A stretch of 62,926 nt of DNA, the filler included, from Globobulimina sp. (taxonomy: Eukaryota): NCBI GenBank assembly GCA_003354225.1. It is 15 parts of 15 records of this genome, joined end to end, with 100 filler letters (N's around TTAATTAATTAA, not from the genome) between each part and the next. Parts side by side here need not be neighbours in the genome. Positions count along the whole stretch, not along the records: positions 42,029 to 46,128 come from PIVH01001612.1; positions 46,229 to 50,328 come from PIVH01001613.1; positions 50,429 to 54,528 come from PIVH01001614.1; positions 54,629 to 58,727 come from PIVH01001615.1; 11 more parts are not named here. The stretch is one strand, 5' to 3'. The notes beneath the pieces are model-generated. The model did not search any database and was not told the origin of the DNA. It saw only the letters and a list, made by a program, of their open reading frames with translations. Each line of letters opens with the position of its first letter. Position 1 is the stretch's first letter. Positions 43,148-54,931 of this stretch are shown in pieces. The translations under genes were made by a program, and so were the position numbers.

Positions 43148-44765
43148 ATGATTGACGATGAAACAGCAGCTTTGTTGAATTATGACAGGAATCTGAAGCA
43201 TCTGCAGTGCTTTCTTACGTTTAACAAGATATCCATTAATACATTATTTGATATTCCAGTACCTGAATTAGATGATTTGCGCTTTGATCCTGTCCAAGAT
43301 CTGACACTTTATAATCAAGAAAATAATATTGCCAATATTTCTGCCTTGAATTTATCCATCGATACCGTTCGACCTTACCTCTGCTGTTTTGGATCCGTTT
43401 GACATTGACAATGCCTCATTACATACCAACGAATCATTCGCGTTTATTACCGATGATTTTACGTCGCAAAATATTGATAATGACGTTATTAATATTCAGA
43501 ATCAGTTAATTCAACAATGCCAGGGATCCTCACGTATTGGTAACAACACATCGTTGCATAGTACGGGGTACGATGCATTCATTGCACGTAATACGTATGT
43601 ACAGAATTTGTGGTTAGATATGGTTCAACGGAATGAAATACCACAAGAAAGTATCCCCGTTTATGACCAAAATCTACGCGACATTGTTCCTGAATTGACC
43701 AATTCTGTTTGCTTTGACACCATACCAAGATCGCAGAGAGAGGATTTCACATCTTTCAAAAACAATATTTTAGGCATTGCTAATAAGAATGATATCATAT
43801 TCGATATATTAGACGATGCAAATCAACACAATGCGAACAGTGACATCTTGCGGACTCGCATCAATGATCAACTATTACCGCTTCATTTGTCGCCAATCGT
43901 TTCACCGAAAACAACCAAGAAACATGAATTGATGGACCAATTTTTATGCCATGATAATCCTCGATTCACCGACCTCTGTTATAATGCATTAAACGTCCAT
44001 TCCGACGATAATATGCCATCTGACGATCATTTATCATTACTTTCGCACCGTATTGCAGCTCCAACACTATCTCCAACAATTTCCCACTTAGCGCCTATCC
44101 ATATTCCATCACCAAAATCCAATTTAGCAGTATTGAAGCAACGTACACTGGGCAATACCGCTTTGACTCAGCGACCCATTAAATTTGTCCCAGCTTCACA
44201 CCGTTTGGGCGATTACCAAGTCACATTGAATAAATTTGGCGGAAAAACAGCTATTTGCAATCAGAACCGGTTGAATCCGGCTTTGAGTACGTTGCAAAAT
44301 CAATTCATTTCTTCAATATTAGCAGTGCAACGCCCGGCGCTTACTCCCATTGCTCATATTGACAAAACTATCAAACCACCACAGTTTCACATTGACCCTT
44401 CATTATTATCACAGGAATCTCGTTCGAACGCGCCACTTATTCTTAATCAACGCTGCTGGAAAGGCAATCTTTTGCAGTCGCAACTTACTCATTTGCCTAT
44501 TCAAGGAATGCAGCACCAACCATCCACTATTAACCCCTCTCAACTCGCCGAATTCGATCGGTTTCAACAGGATATTTTGATCGATCATCATTCAGAAATT
44601 ACGCAGCTCGATTCGGCGAAGACAAAGAAACAAATCGCATTCACAGCATTCAAAGATAAGTGGTTGTTACATGGCGATACGCAAATTGCTGAAAGTATGT
44701 TTGCAGCAATGTATGATTCTGGCTCTGATATTAATGTTTTAGAAGAGAAAGATTCAGAACAATAA
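43148..44765 (+). CDS. Unknown ORF inside the PLE unit (84 aa + 458 aa, one frameshift near 43390)
   Basis: Long intronless ORF co-oriented with the endonuclease; no recognisable motif. Confidence 0.55.
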
Positions 44766-45425
44766 GATTCAGATTATTTTATCATTTTTATATGTTCGAT
44801 TATTAGACTATGATTATTATGTACGTACCCTTATCCATTGTCTTATTATATTATTTTTACATTAATAATGTCTTCATGCCTTCCATTACCTGTTATCTTT
44901 TTAGGAAATATATCTGATACAATCCACTTATTTTATTTTGTTTCCAAGTTGATTGATTGTCATTTATCTCATTTTTATTTTTATCAATTTTATTTTATCC
45001 ATCGAGAGCACTCCGTCCTGTTTATTAATATCTGATTATTGTTTATTTATCGATAATGATTTATATGATAAATTATACAAATTGGATTGCTCTCTTTGAT
45101 TGGTTGGCTATAATTGTTTTATTTCCACATTATTTTAGTTATCATTTTATGTGTTCTTGGGTTGTTTTATAATATATTTTGTTTTTTGCAGATCATTTGT
45201 ATTGATGTTCATCATTTATTTCTTCCATTTTTACTTTTTTCCTGATATCATTTCATTTGTATTTGTTCTTACTTTGATTTTGACCCATTTCCATATATAT
45301 ATAGATAATATCTCTCCATTTTACTTTTGTACATCTTTATTATTATTTTGTCATTTCTTTCATAGTGATATTGATTTTTGTTTTGGTTTTTCTATTCTTA
45401 GTAAACCACTTAACTTAAATTTAAC

Positions 45426-45460
45426 TTCCTGACGAAGACAGCATTTGTCGAAACGTCGAA
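45426..45460 (+). ncRNA. Minimal type I hammerhead ribozyme motif (copy 2)
   Basis: TTC-CTGACGA-A-GACA-GCATT-TGTC-GAAA-CGTC-GAA: both conserved boxes, stem II, ACGT palindrome, 3-bp stem I. Confidence 0.75.
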
Positions 45461-45619
45461 CTCTTACACTTGTTTAAAATAACCTTTTCTAGAAACAAAC
45501 ACCACAAAACAATCATATATATTAATCTACGCCACCAATATACTTCACCACTATCTGTTTTGATAACATTTAACAGTGAATTTGGTAGCACTATTTAGAT
45601 TTGGTTAACCTGCGGAATC

Positions 45620-46128
45620 ATGAAGCGTAACATTAAAACTAATACCATGAAGATTTTTCATCATGCATTAGCAAATTGTAGGTCTCGCGACCATTGTTAT
45701 TATTCGTGGAGGAACCTTCCCCACCGCATTAATTTATCGCCTTCGCTTATTAATTATTCGAAAGCAAAGCTATGTAGAAATCGATTCAGTATCAAGTCTA
45801 TATTTGAATTTTATAAACCTCTATCAATCCCATCGAACATATTCCTGATTTATCGTAAATATCGATTTTGCTGCAAAAAAATCCTGCAGTATTCACATCA
45901 CATTAATAATTTATATTTATTTAAGAAACAATATTTAGATATTTTCCAACTCCGGAAACGATGCAAACCGGTCCTGATTCACAGTAATCGGTTAAAAAGG
46001 AAATTCTATTTTATTTTATGTGACGCAACAAAGAAATTAACAAAAGCTACGTCGAAAGAATTAGTTTACGCAGTCAACGTTTATTCACGATTAGCAGACC
46101 TATATTGGAATCATTTGCAGCTCGCCCG
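45620..46128 (+). CDS. Probable N-terminus of the next PLE RT ORF (basic), 3' truncated
   Basis: Starts about 160 nt after the hammerhead; K/R-rich; KKI...SHH..L resembles PLE N-terminal regions. Confidence 0.5.
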
Positions 46129-46365
46129 NNNNNNNNNNNNNNNNNNNNNNNNNNNNNNNNNNNNNNNNNNNNTTAATTAATTAANNNNNNNNNNNNNNNN
46201 NNNNNNNNNNNNNNNNNNNNNNNNNNNNAGAGCAAAGGGTTTTTTTAAAATAATATCAAAGCTCATACAATATTAATGTGGTAAAGGAATTTCAATTTGA
46301 ACTCATTATTAATTTGTATTAATTAGCAGCAGTATTGAAGGCATTTGAAGCTCAGAATATCATTC

Positions 46366-48197
46366 ATGTCATTATCATTCCGTCGTTTTTGTGGTAAATC
46401 CACACATAATTTGCAATTTAATCAATTTTCAAAAACAATTTTTTCGCGGACACGATATTTTAGCAGTAATACATTCAGTCAATATCAATTTTTATCAGAA
46501 CTAGGTTTATCGGAATATAATGAAGGAGTATTCAATGGAGAATGGAAAGGAAATGGTCCTGAAATTCATACATATTCTCCAACAACAAATGAGCAAATAG
46601 CTACAATTAAAACTGGCAATGCCGATGATTATGAATCATGTATAAAAGCAATGCATGAACAGAAAAAATTATGGGCATTAACACCCGCACCAAAACGGTA
46701 TGTATTGCTCATATAATATATATAGCACATTTAAATAACAAACAATTTATGTTCGCAGAGGTGATGTTGTAAGAACTATTGGTGAAATGTTACGAGAAAA
46801 AAAAGAAGTTATATATATTTATTATACAATATATTATTTTAAAATAATATATTGATATTTATTAAATTAGGCATTGGGTAAACTTATAACATTGGAAAAT
46901 GGTAAGATTTTGGCTGAAGGCTTAGGAGAAGTCCAAGAAGCCATTGATATTTGTGACTATGCAGTTGGTTTATCGCGCTGTATAAATGGCTCAGTTATTC
47001 CATCCGAACGAGATGGCCATATTATGTTAGAATGTTATAATCCATTAAATGGTCATTTAGGAATAATAACAGCATTTAATTTTCCATTAGCTGTTGGTTT
47101 TTGGAATAGTGCATTATCATTAATTTGTGGTAACACACAAATATGGAAAGGTGCCTCTACTGTGCCATTAGTAACTGTTATGTTCCATTATTTTACATTT
47201 TATATTTATATATATTTATTTATTTTTTTATACTCAGATTGCAGCAGGAAAAGTTATACAAAATGCATTAGAATATCATGGATTTGCTGGGTGTATATCG
47301 TCAATAATTACTGGTTCGGGAAAAGATGTTGGTTCTAAATTTGGCCCCGATCAACGTTTAGAGTTAATTTCATTTACTGGTTCTACCGAAGTTGGCAGAG
47401 AAGTACATAAAGAAATCGCAGCGCGATTTGGTAAATCGATCATGGAGTTAGGTGGGAATAATGGTCAAATTGTTATGGATGATGCTGATATTGATATGGC
47501 TGTTAATGCGTCGTTATTTGGTGCAGTTGGAACTGCTGGGCAACGATGTACGACATTACGTCGATTGATTATTCATGAAAACATTTATGATGAATTTGTA
47601 TCCAAATTAATTCATAAATATTCAAAATATGTTAAAATTGGTAACCCGATGGATAATGATACATTATGTGGACCACTGATTAATAAATCATCAGTTAAAG
47701 ATTATGAAAATGGTATAACAGAAATATTATCTTCAAATAAATCTAAAATATTAATTGGTGGTAATACATTGCCACATATTGGGCCAAATTTTGTTGAACC
47801 AACTGTTGTCGAAACAATTTATTCCGAACCATTTGTATCAAAAGAATTATTTGGTCCGGTTTTATATATTATGAAATGTAAAGATTTTGACGATGCGGTA
47901 TATCAACATAATGAAGGATCTATTCATGGTTTATCATCATCCATATTTACTAAAAATCATTCAAATATATTTAAATGGCTAAGTGCGGCAGGATCAGACT
48001 GCGGAATCGTTAATGTTAACATTGGAACATCGGGAGCGGAAATTGGCGGAGCATTTGGTGGTGAAAAACAAACTGGAATTGGTAGAGAATCTGGAAGTGA
48101 TTCATGGAAACAATATATGCGACGATCAACATGCACTATTAATTACTCTACGGAATTACCACTAGCACAAGGAATAAAATTTGGTTCTGATGATTAG
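46366..48197 (+). CDS. ALDH7A1: Alpha-aminoadipic semialdehyde dehydrogenase (antiquitin); introns 46698-46758, 46808-46870, 47177-47237
   Basis: [76 protein letters not shown]; mitochondrial-type leader. Confidence 0.95.
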
Positions 48198-48435
48198 AAA
48201 TTAAATGTCATTAAAGCTCATCATCAAAATACTAACAGTCCTCTTCTAAGTATGTTAATTAAATTCAGTTCCAATCAAACAAAAAGTAGGGCAAAAATGA
48301 GCTCGAGGGATTAAATTGAAAATACATCTTCCAAAAAAAACAATTATTAATATCGATGCGCATACAAATATATATAAACACGTGCACATACAAATAAAAA
48401 CATCAAAAAACTGTACGACAAACAATAACTTATAT

Positions 48436-50328
48436 TCACTCATTAATTGTCACTAAATGCGACAATGGTTTATTGATTTTTTTCTCGTTCATTTTCTTTT
48501 TTTCGCGAATCCAATATTGCTCATTCTGCAACATAATATCAACACAATTTTGTGACACATCAATGATCTCTGAGTACAATTGAAACAATCGCTTAACAAT
48601 AAAAGTTATAAACCCTATCTGTGACGTCGCCAACTTGCTGGTATACCGATCCATTCCCGCCGACACCGGAATGCCTATATTCCTCTCTTGGTCGCCTTGG
48701 TTAAAGGCTTCCCGCAGGTATCTATTCGCCCATTCTTTCGCTAAATGGATCGGTTTGCATGGGTTTGCCACATCGCATGCATGCAACGTAATTTCCAACA
48801 AAAAAATGCGCTCATCGTCCACCCCTAAAATGCGTGGTTTCTTTGCCACCTCCTCATCATAGCCAGCCTCTACAAAACCGTCCTCAAACTCATTGCTATC
48901 ATCGTCGAAATGCGAGTCTCTAATCACAATATCTCGCGTCCACTCCTTATTCAACTTATCGTCCATAAACAATGGGAAATCGTCCAACATGATGTTGTCC
49001 AACGAGGCATAATTTGCAATGGATTCACACCTCCATAGTTGTATATTGTTGGCAAATAACTCGTGCTGCGATTGTCCACCGGCACCGTGCATATTTTTTA
49101 TTGTATCTTTAAAGATATCCACCATATTTTGCAACTGCACCATTTTGGTACCGTGTACCTTCAAATCCGTTGCTAAAATGCTGCGCCGTATCACCGTGGC
49201 CAGATATCTCCGCACCGACGATGGAAAAGACAGCATCCAATTATGTTTGCCGTCATTTAGAATACGAAAAGTTTCAGCAATGTGATAATTTTCCAACACG
49301 CTGTCATCACCGTACAGCAATGCTAAATTCCCCGCAGTGTTGATATAATACGCATTATTGTAACCCATATGGCCCAAATCGTGGCATACTGCGGCAATGT
49401 ACGCACCAAACTGGTCCCAAATCGTCATATGCTTCTTGAAAAACGCACATTCAAACATAAAATGTGTAGATAATAACACATCTACGGCATGGTATGTGTT
49501 ATGGTATGGATTTGCGTGATATCCATCGTTGACATTCTCCAGAAAACGCCATAAATTCGCTTGTGATATGCCCGTGGCATCCAGCAGCCCAATCTTACGG
49601 AACAAAAAGAACGAGGCACAAACCAAGCCTTTACCACACAAAGCGGGGTCGTCCATAAACTCAAACACATCAAAGTCCCATCGATCCATCTTCTGTCCAT
49701 ACTTACTCATAATATGCAACAAATTCCTCGGTATTCCACTGCTAACACTATCATTACTGCTATGCTCCGGATCCGTATTCATATTGACATCAACAAAACC
49801 GTCATCTTCCTCAGACGTAGTGCCATATAACGAGGTGGTCAATTGTCTAAAAGCCACGTCAAATAACGGTGGCTCTGCAGACAATTCATGTTCAATATGA
49901 ATATCGTCATCTTCTAAGCGGTACGGTTGATGATATTGTTGCTTCCAACCAATATTTTTGGGCCAAATATCATATTCTTGCACAACATTATCACCCACCG
50001 GCACAGCTACAACCTCTTCATCATAATCCTGCGACGGTATGCTCTGTAATGCCGGCGCCGATTTCTGTGCTCTTAACGTCAACACCGCGTCATCCACACC
50101 CAAACGTGCCATAATATTGTTATTCATTCGTGTACTGTGTTTCCCTTGTTTTATTTTGCTCTGCCTCGCCTTCATTACCATCGTATCATACAATGACAAC
50201 GCCTCCGTGGTCGCCCTCCGTGTATTGACCGTCGACCTGCGATACAACGCAGGTTTGCGTTCCTTGTCGGCAGTGATGGAGCGTATATGCTGTTGTTGTG
50301 GCTTGACAGTCAAGCTATGCGAATGTGG
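48436..50328 (-). CDS. Class I 3',5'-cyclic nucleotide phosphodiesterase, 5' partial
   Basis: NPYHN..HAVDV, CHDLGH.GYNN, SVLENYH, ILATDL, HACDVANP, EAFNQGDQER, SQIGFI. Confidence 0.93.
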   Translation of the reverse strand, partial: PHSHSLTVKPQQQHIRSITADKERKPALYRRSTVNTRRATTEALSLYDTMVMKARQSKIKQGKHSTRMNNNIMARLGVDDAVLTLRAQKSAPALQSIPSQDYDEEVVAVPVGDNVVQEYDIWPKNIGWKQQYHQPYRLEDDDIHIEHELSAEPPLFDVAFRQLTTSLYGTTSEEDDGFVDVNMNTDPEHSSNDSVSSGIPRNLLHIMSKYGQKMDRWDFDVFEFMDDPALCGKGLVCASFFLFRKIGLLDATGISQANLWRFLENVNDGYHANPYHNTYHAVDVLLSTHFMFECAFFKKHMTIWDQFGAYIAAVCHDLGHMGYNNAYYINTAGNLALLYGDDSVLENYHIAETFRILNDGKHNWMLSFPSSVRRYLATVIRRSILATDLKVHGTKMVQLQNMVDIFKDTIKNMHGAGGQSQHELFANNIQLWRCESIANYASLDNIMLDDFPLFMDDKLNKEWTRDIVIRDSHFDDDSNEFEDGFVEAGYDEEVAKKPRILGVDDERIFLLEITLHACDVANPCKPIHLAKEWANRYLREAFNQGDQERNIGIPVSAGMDRYTSKLATSQIGFITFIVKRLFQLYSEIIDVSQNCVDIMLQNEQYWIREKKKMNEKKINKPLSHLVTINE

Positions 50329-50449
50329 NNNNNNNNNNNNNNNNNNNNNNNNNNNNNNNNNNNNNNNNNNNNTTAATTAATTAANNNNNNNNNNNNNNNN
50401 NNNNNNNNNNNNNNNNNNNNNNNNNNNNTTTAAAGTTGTTATATATCAT

Positions 50450-51196
50450 ATGGCATCACCAAAAGATGATGAAAAAAAGACACATGATACCAAAGATAGG
50501 CATGAAATTCCAATAACAAAAAGGCATCCAATTGAAATATATCGAGTCTTACCAACTCAACATTCTGTTGCAGCATCAACAGATCAATGGGTAATGTTTC
50601 CGGGATTACAAAAAACAATCAAAGTAGAACATGATCCAATAGATGCCATCATCACTGTTCATTGCCATGCCTGTTGTTCAACTACGAGTGCACGAGTGGA
50701 TGTTGCAGTATTTATTGATGGTGAAGTAGTTGGTATTGATGGACATAACACAGGAACATGGGGCAAACGACATGGTTCTGGTTTATCGCATTCACAACAC
50801 TGGGTACCAATGGTCGCATTTGCATCAATAACATTACCACCACGAAAGAATGAATATGTGGTAGATTGTCGTGTGATGAATGCGGGAGATAGTGCACAAA
50901 CTGCCACATGTTCTGGAACTGCAATGTTTATTCAAGTATTCAAGGCAGTTGCAGTCGTTGAATGGTTTGATGTTTCCTTAGATGATAACAAATATTTTAA
51001 TGAAAACTTGGAATATAAACTTAAAATAAAAGGGAAAACAACAGCATATGCATTGACTGTGGATAAATGTAATATATGGTTTTTTTATGCCGATTCAAAT
51101 CCAGGAATTAAATGTATCAGTTATAAAGATAAAAGATCTGTCAATGATCAATATATCATAACAAGAATTCAATGTTCTGTGAGGAAATCTACATAA
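50450..51196 (+). CDS. Hypothetical beta-rich protein
   Basis: 248-aa ATG ORF; no recognisable family. Confidence 0.55.
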   Translation: MASPKDDEKKTHDTKDRHEIPITKRHPIEIYRVLPTQHSVAASTDQWVMFPGLQKTIKVEHDPIDAIITVHCHACCSTTSARVDVAVFIDGEVVGIDGHNTGTWGKRHGSGLSHSQHWVPMVAFASITLPPRKNEYVVDCRVMNAGDSAQTATCSGTAMFIQVFKAVAVVEWFDVSLDDNKYFNENLEYKLKIKGKTTAYALTVDKCNIWFFYADSNPGIKCISYKDKRSVNDQYIITRIQCSVRKST

Positions 51197-51321
51197 CTCT
51201 CAGTAATTTAATTTTATAACAAAACTTTGTGGAAGAACGAAAAACATCTTTGGGACTTGCTCATTGCGCCAACTCACTGTCTGCTTTTTGTGCAAATATT
51301 GTGCAATATACGTGGAGAGTA

Positions 51322-51957
51322 ATGGACTTTGTGGCTGCTGTAACATCGATGAAGAATTTGAACATTCAAAACTATCAAGAAAACATTAATGTGGCAGAGA
51401 ATATTGATCATGATTTGTACTGTATTGAGTTTAAAGAAAAACCATTTGGTATAACATTTGGGACAAATGCTGATCTAGAACCAAATAAAGAGAATTTATT
51501 TGTTATAGAAATTATTGAAAACAGCATTGCTTCCAAAACAGATGTAATTGTTGGAAGCAAACTTGTTAAATTTCAAGACGAAACCGTTGAGGATTTGGGC
51601 GCAAAGAAAATATACAAAATCTTCAGGAAAAAATATCAAAATCAAGTGCCATTAAAATTTACATTCCGAAAACCTCGAAATAAAAATGCGGACAATAATT
51701 ATGTTGGAAAACAAGAGGAACAGAAACAAAAAACAGATGAAGATGACGATATTCCACCGAGTAATCCAGAAATGATTCAAGGCCTATCGTCAATGATTGG
51801 TCTTATGGAAAAACAGAAATCTGACAATGTATTTGATTTAATTGATGGGCAAATTGTACACTTTCAAAAGAATTATCAAGTCACAGTTAATCAGCCTGAC
51901 ATTAACAAAATGTCAAGTTTGGATGCTCTCAACCGAGTTAACTCCACTGCTCTTTGA
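51322..51957 (+). CDS. PDZ-like domain protein
   Basis: F.EKPFGITF...LFV.EI...S.A...V.VGS.L...PLKFTFR. Confidence 0.55.
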   Translation: MDFVAAVTSMKNLNIQNYQENINVAENIDHDLYCIEFKEKPFGITFGTNADLEPNKENLFVIEIIENSIASKTDVIVGSKLVKFQDETVEDLGAKKIYKIFRKKYQNQVPLKFTFRKPRNKNADNNYVGKQEEQKQKTDEDDDIPPSNPEMIQGLSSMIGLMEKQKSDNVFDLIDGQIVHFQKNYQVTVNQPDINKMSSLDALNRVNSTAL

Positions 51958-52177
51958 TTGGCTCATGTATATACGTCAAAGCATGTTTATATTGTTTGAA
52001 TAATGTTGTCACGGTACAAATACAGTTAGAATACGCTAGAGCATACTTAACGATATCACCACCGATAGAAGAAAATGCACTGACAAAACTATTATCTGAT
52101 GGTCATAACATCACAGACGTACAAAATACAAATATGCACATGTTACCGTATAAACATTATTTCACTGTACATGTTAT

Positions 52178-53066
52178 TTAATACATAGGAAGATCATCGT
52201 TCAATCTCTTCCATTGCATTTCAAAAGTTTCAGTTCGTCCTTGTGGCCATAACTCAAATTCGATCGGTCTCCCTTCAAACATACGTCTACCATCTTGCTC
52301 ATAAATAGAATCTTTCAAAATGTCATGCCTCTCCAGCTCTGCAATAGGAAACACCTTCGTAGCAAACTCCATTCCCCGTGTTCTTTCCAATGCATTCCAT
52401 GGCGGATGATGGCGGCCATAATGTTCTGTCCATACAGCCAACCATGGAAATACTTTATTATTCCATTTATATGTCATTTCAAAGCCTAATTCTTCATTTT
52501 GAACATTAAATATCCCAATATTTTGATCATTATCCTGTACTCTCAAACTTGTAACTTCCTCAATTTCAATCGATTTATCAGTCATCAATGGCATTGATAA
52601 TAAATCCTCCACACAAATATCTTTATTATCTGTCAATCGTTCACCTAATTTATATGTATTAAACCTTGATTTGGGTAATGTATTCGCGAAATTATAGCCA
52701 TTATCCACGTTTGCTGTGAATTTTGCGCCATTAAGGAACGGATCACCAAATGTAACATGTTCACACCATTCAATATCACTGCGGCTTGTTTTCTCTTTTT
52801 CGCTCATTGCAGATTCCATGGTGGTGGATACTGAAATTGTATGGTTAGAATCATTGAATGTAAACGATCGAATCATATTTAATTTGGCAGCATTTAATGT
52901 TGTACTAAATGTAATTGTATCAGTATCATCATTGGAGGTTGGACTATTATTTTAAACCATTTTTGGTTAATACTAATCGTAGTTTATTCGATGTTAATGT
53001 CCATGATGGTTGCGCACCACGCCAGAACGTCTCTGCTACTGCAACTTTGCTTGCTGATTTGGACAT
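52178..53066 (-). pseudogene. Galactose-mutarotase-like (aldose epimerase fold) protein with an internal break near 52950
   Basis: EWCEHVTFG.PFL and FPWLAVW.EH..R..PPWN..ERTRGMEF; the N-terminal MSKS...LTKNG frame stops at TAATAG. Confidence 0.5.
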
Positions 53067-53132
53067 GTGCCACAAAAACAAGTTTTTAACAACTGAAGTG
53101 TGACTAAAATCATCTTTCTAACTTTCTTCAGC

Positions 53133-54528
53133 ATGGTTCTCTTTAATAAACGAAATTATGTGTTATGGTTGCTTCTGTCAGTGATTATCATTATGGTTGT
53201 TATTCAAGCAAAACATTTATATATTTGTTACACCAGATTTTCGGCAATAAGCAGTCAAAACATGTTGCATTATCCGATTGCAACAAATACTTCGGTTGAT
53301 TTTATCCGAGTAAAATCAGAGAAATCAGTGAAATTTTATATTTATCAAAGTTATTCAGAATCAATTAAAAATTATTATTCCCACTGCGATCTATCAAACA
53401 AATATGGTGACAAAAAATGGAAAAATCAGTACAGTTATTTAGGTGAAATGTATTTTGATTCCAAAACTTTAAAACATCACAAATGGCATACTTTAAATGT
53501 ATACAATGCGGACATAATCGTGTTGCCAATATTTCTAACAATGTCATATCATCGATATTGTGGTAATAGAAGCAGTGGTTTTTACTCTTTTACCAAACTA
53601 TTTTTCAGACAATTAACAGAATTCGATTCAAAAATAAAACTAACACATCAGAAATATTTATTAATTGCTTCTGATGTACATTTAGCTCATTTGCCCAAAC
53701 CATTATCGCTGATACAATTTGCATCAAAATGTAAAAATAAATTAATTGTTGGCAATTTTCAAGACATATGGAGTAGCGGCTATACAGCATTTTGGACAAA
53801 TTTCCCACATTCAAACAACACGATTGTAGTACCATTCACCATACCATTGGCATATAGTCAGTATGCAATGTATGATAATATTACATATAATGAGTGGAAT
53901 GATAGGGAATATTTGTTATTTTATATGGGTAGCGCCTGTACAGCGGATCCCAGAGTGCCATATAGCATGAAACACCGGGCGGATGGTCTGAAATATATGG
54001 ATATATTGAACAAGCAAGAAAAGACAATCAAACATTTTGGTGTTGTTACAGATTATGATGATGCAAAGGACTCATTATGCACTAGGTATTCTGGGCAGGA
54101 TGTCAATATCATCAAAAGATGCACTAAAAATACGGAGAATAATAGCAGTTTGGCAGTGCAATGGTCACCATGCGGTCTAACAAGTTATGAGAAAAAGCTG
54201 TTGAATGTAAATAATACTTTGTATGTTTATGGTTTGCGGCGCAGTAAATATAATTTAATGATACATGGCGATGCCAAAAACAGTGGAAAGTTTTATGATG
54301 CACTGGCATTTGGTTTAATTAATATAATGGTTGGAATCAGTAAAGAAAATGCAGTGGCTTTCCTTCCATTTATTGATATTGTTCCATATGAAGACTTGCA
54401 TTTTAAAATCAAACCTTACTCTTTGTTTTGTTTAACTTCCATCAAAATCATCAAGAACGTGCTTAACCACATTAAAACCAGTTGTTTAATAAAGTTCAAA
54501 CGGTGTTCTAAATATTTGTCAAAAAAAA
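53133..54528 (+). CDS. Exostosin (GT47) family glycosyltransferase
   Basis: Signal anchor; KFYIY, ADIIVLP, R.YLLFYMG, RSKY.L..HGD...S.KFYDAL..G, LPF.D.VPY. Confidence 0.8.
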
Positions 54529-54628
54529 NNNNNNNNNNNNNNNNNNNNNNNNNNNNNNNNNNNNNNNNNNNNTTAATTAATTAANNNNNNNNNNNNNNNN
54601 NNNNNNNNNNNNNNNNNNNNNNNNNNNN

Positions 54629-54894
54629 TTTGTAGCACATTAAGTTTTTAATTGAGTTGAAAACCTTGATATCGTTGCTGAACGAATGAAATGGCACTGA
54701 ATTAGTGACTTTACTTTCTTTTCACTTAAATGCACTAACTCTAATGCAAATTTATATAAAATATAAAGAACATACATCGAATGTATCTCTGCTGTCAATT
54801 TTTGAACGAGATCAGATTTCAGCCCATGTGATGATAGCCATTGTTTAAATTCATTTTCTCCATCACCATTATCAGTGCCTTCTAACTGTGCCAT
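54629..54894 (-). CDS. SAM-like domain protein N-terminus, 3' truncated
   Basis: EFKQWL..HGL...LVQKL followed by a GTATGT donor-like site. Confidence 0.4.
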
Positions 54895-54931
54895 GCAATT
54901 AATATCGCAGAAAACTTTAAATATACTAAAA

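Larger units (their letters stand above)
42029..46128 (+). mobile_element. Penelope-like retroelement, tandem (head-to-tail) arrangement
   Basis: RT thumb, Cys linker, GIY-YIG endonuclease, extra ORF, T-rich tract, hammerhead, then the N-terminus of a new basic ORF. Confidence 0.8.
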
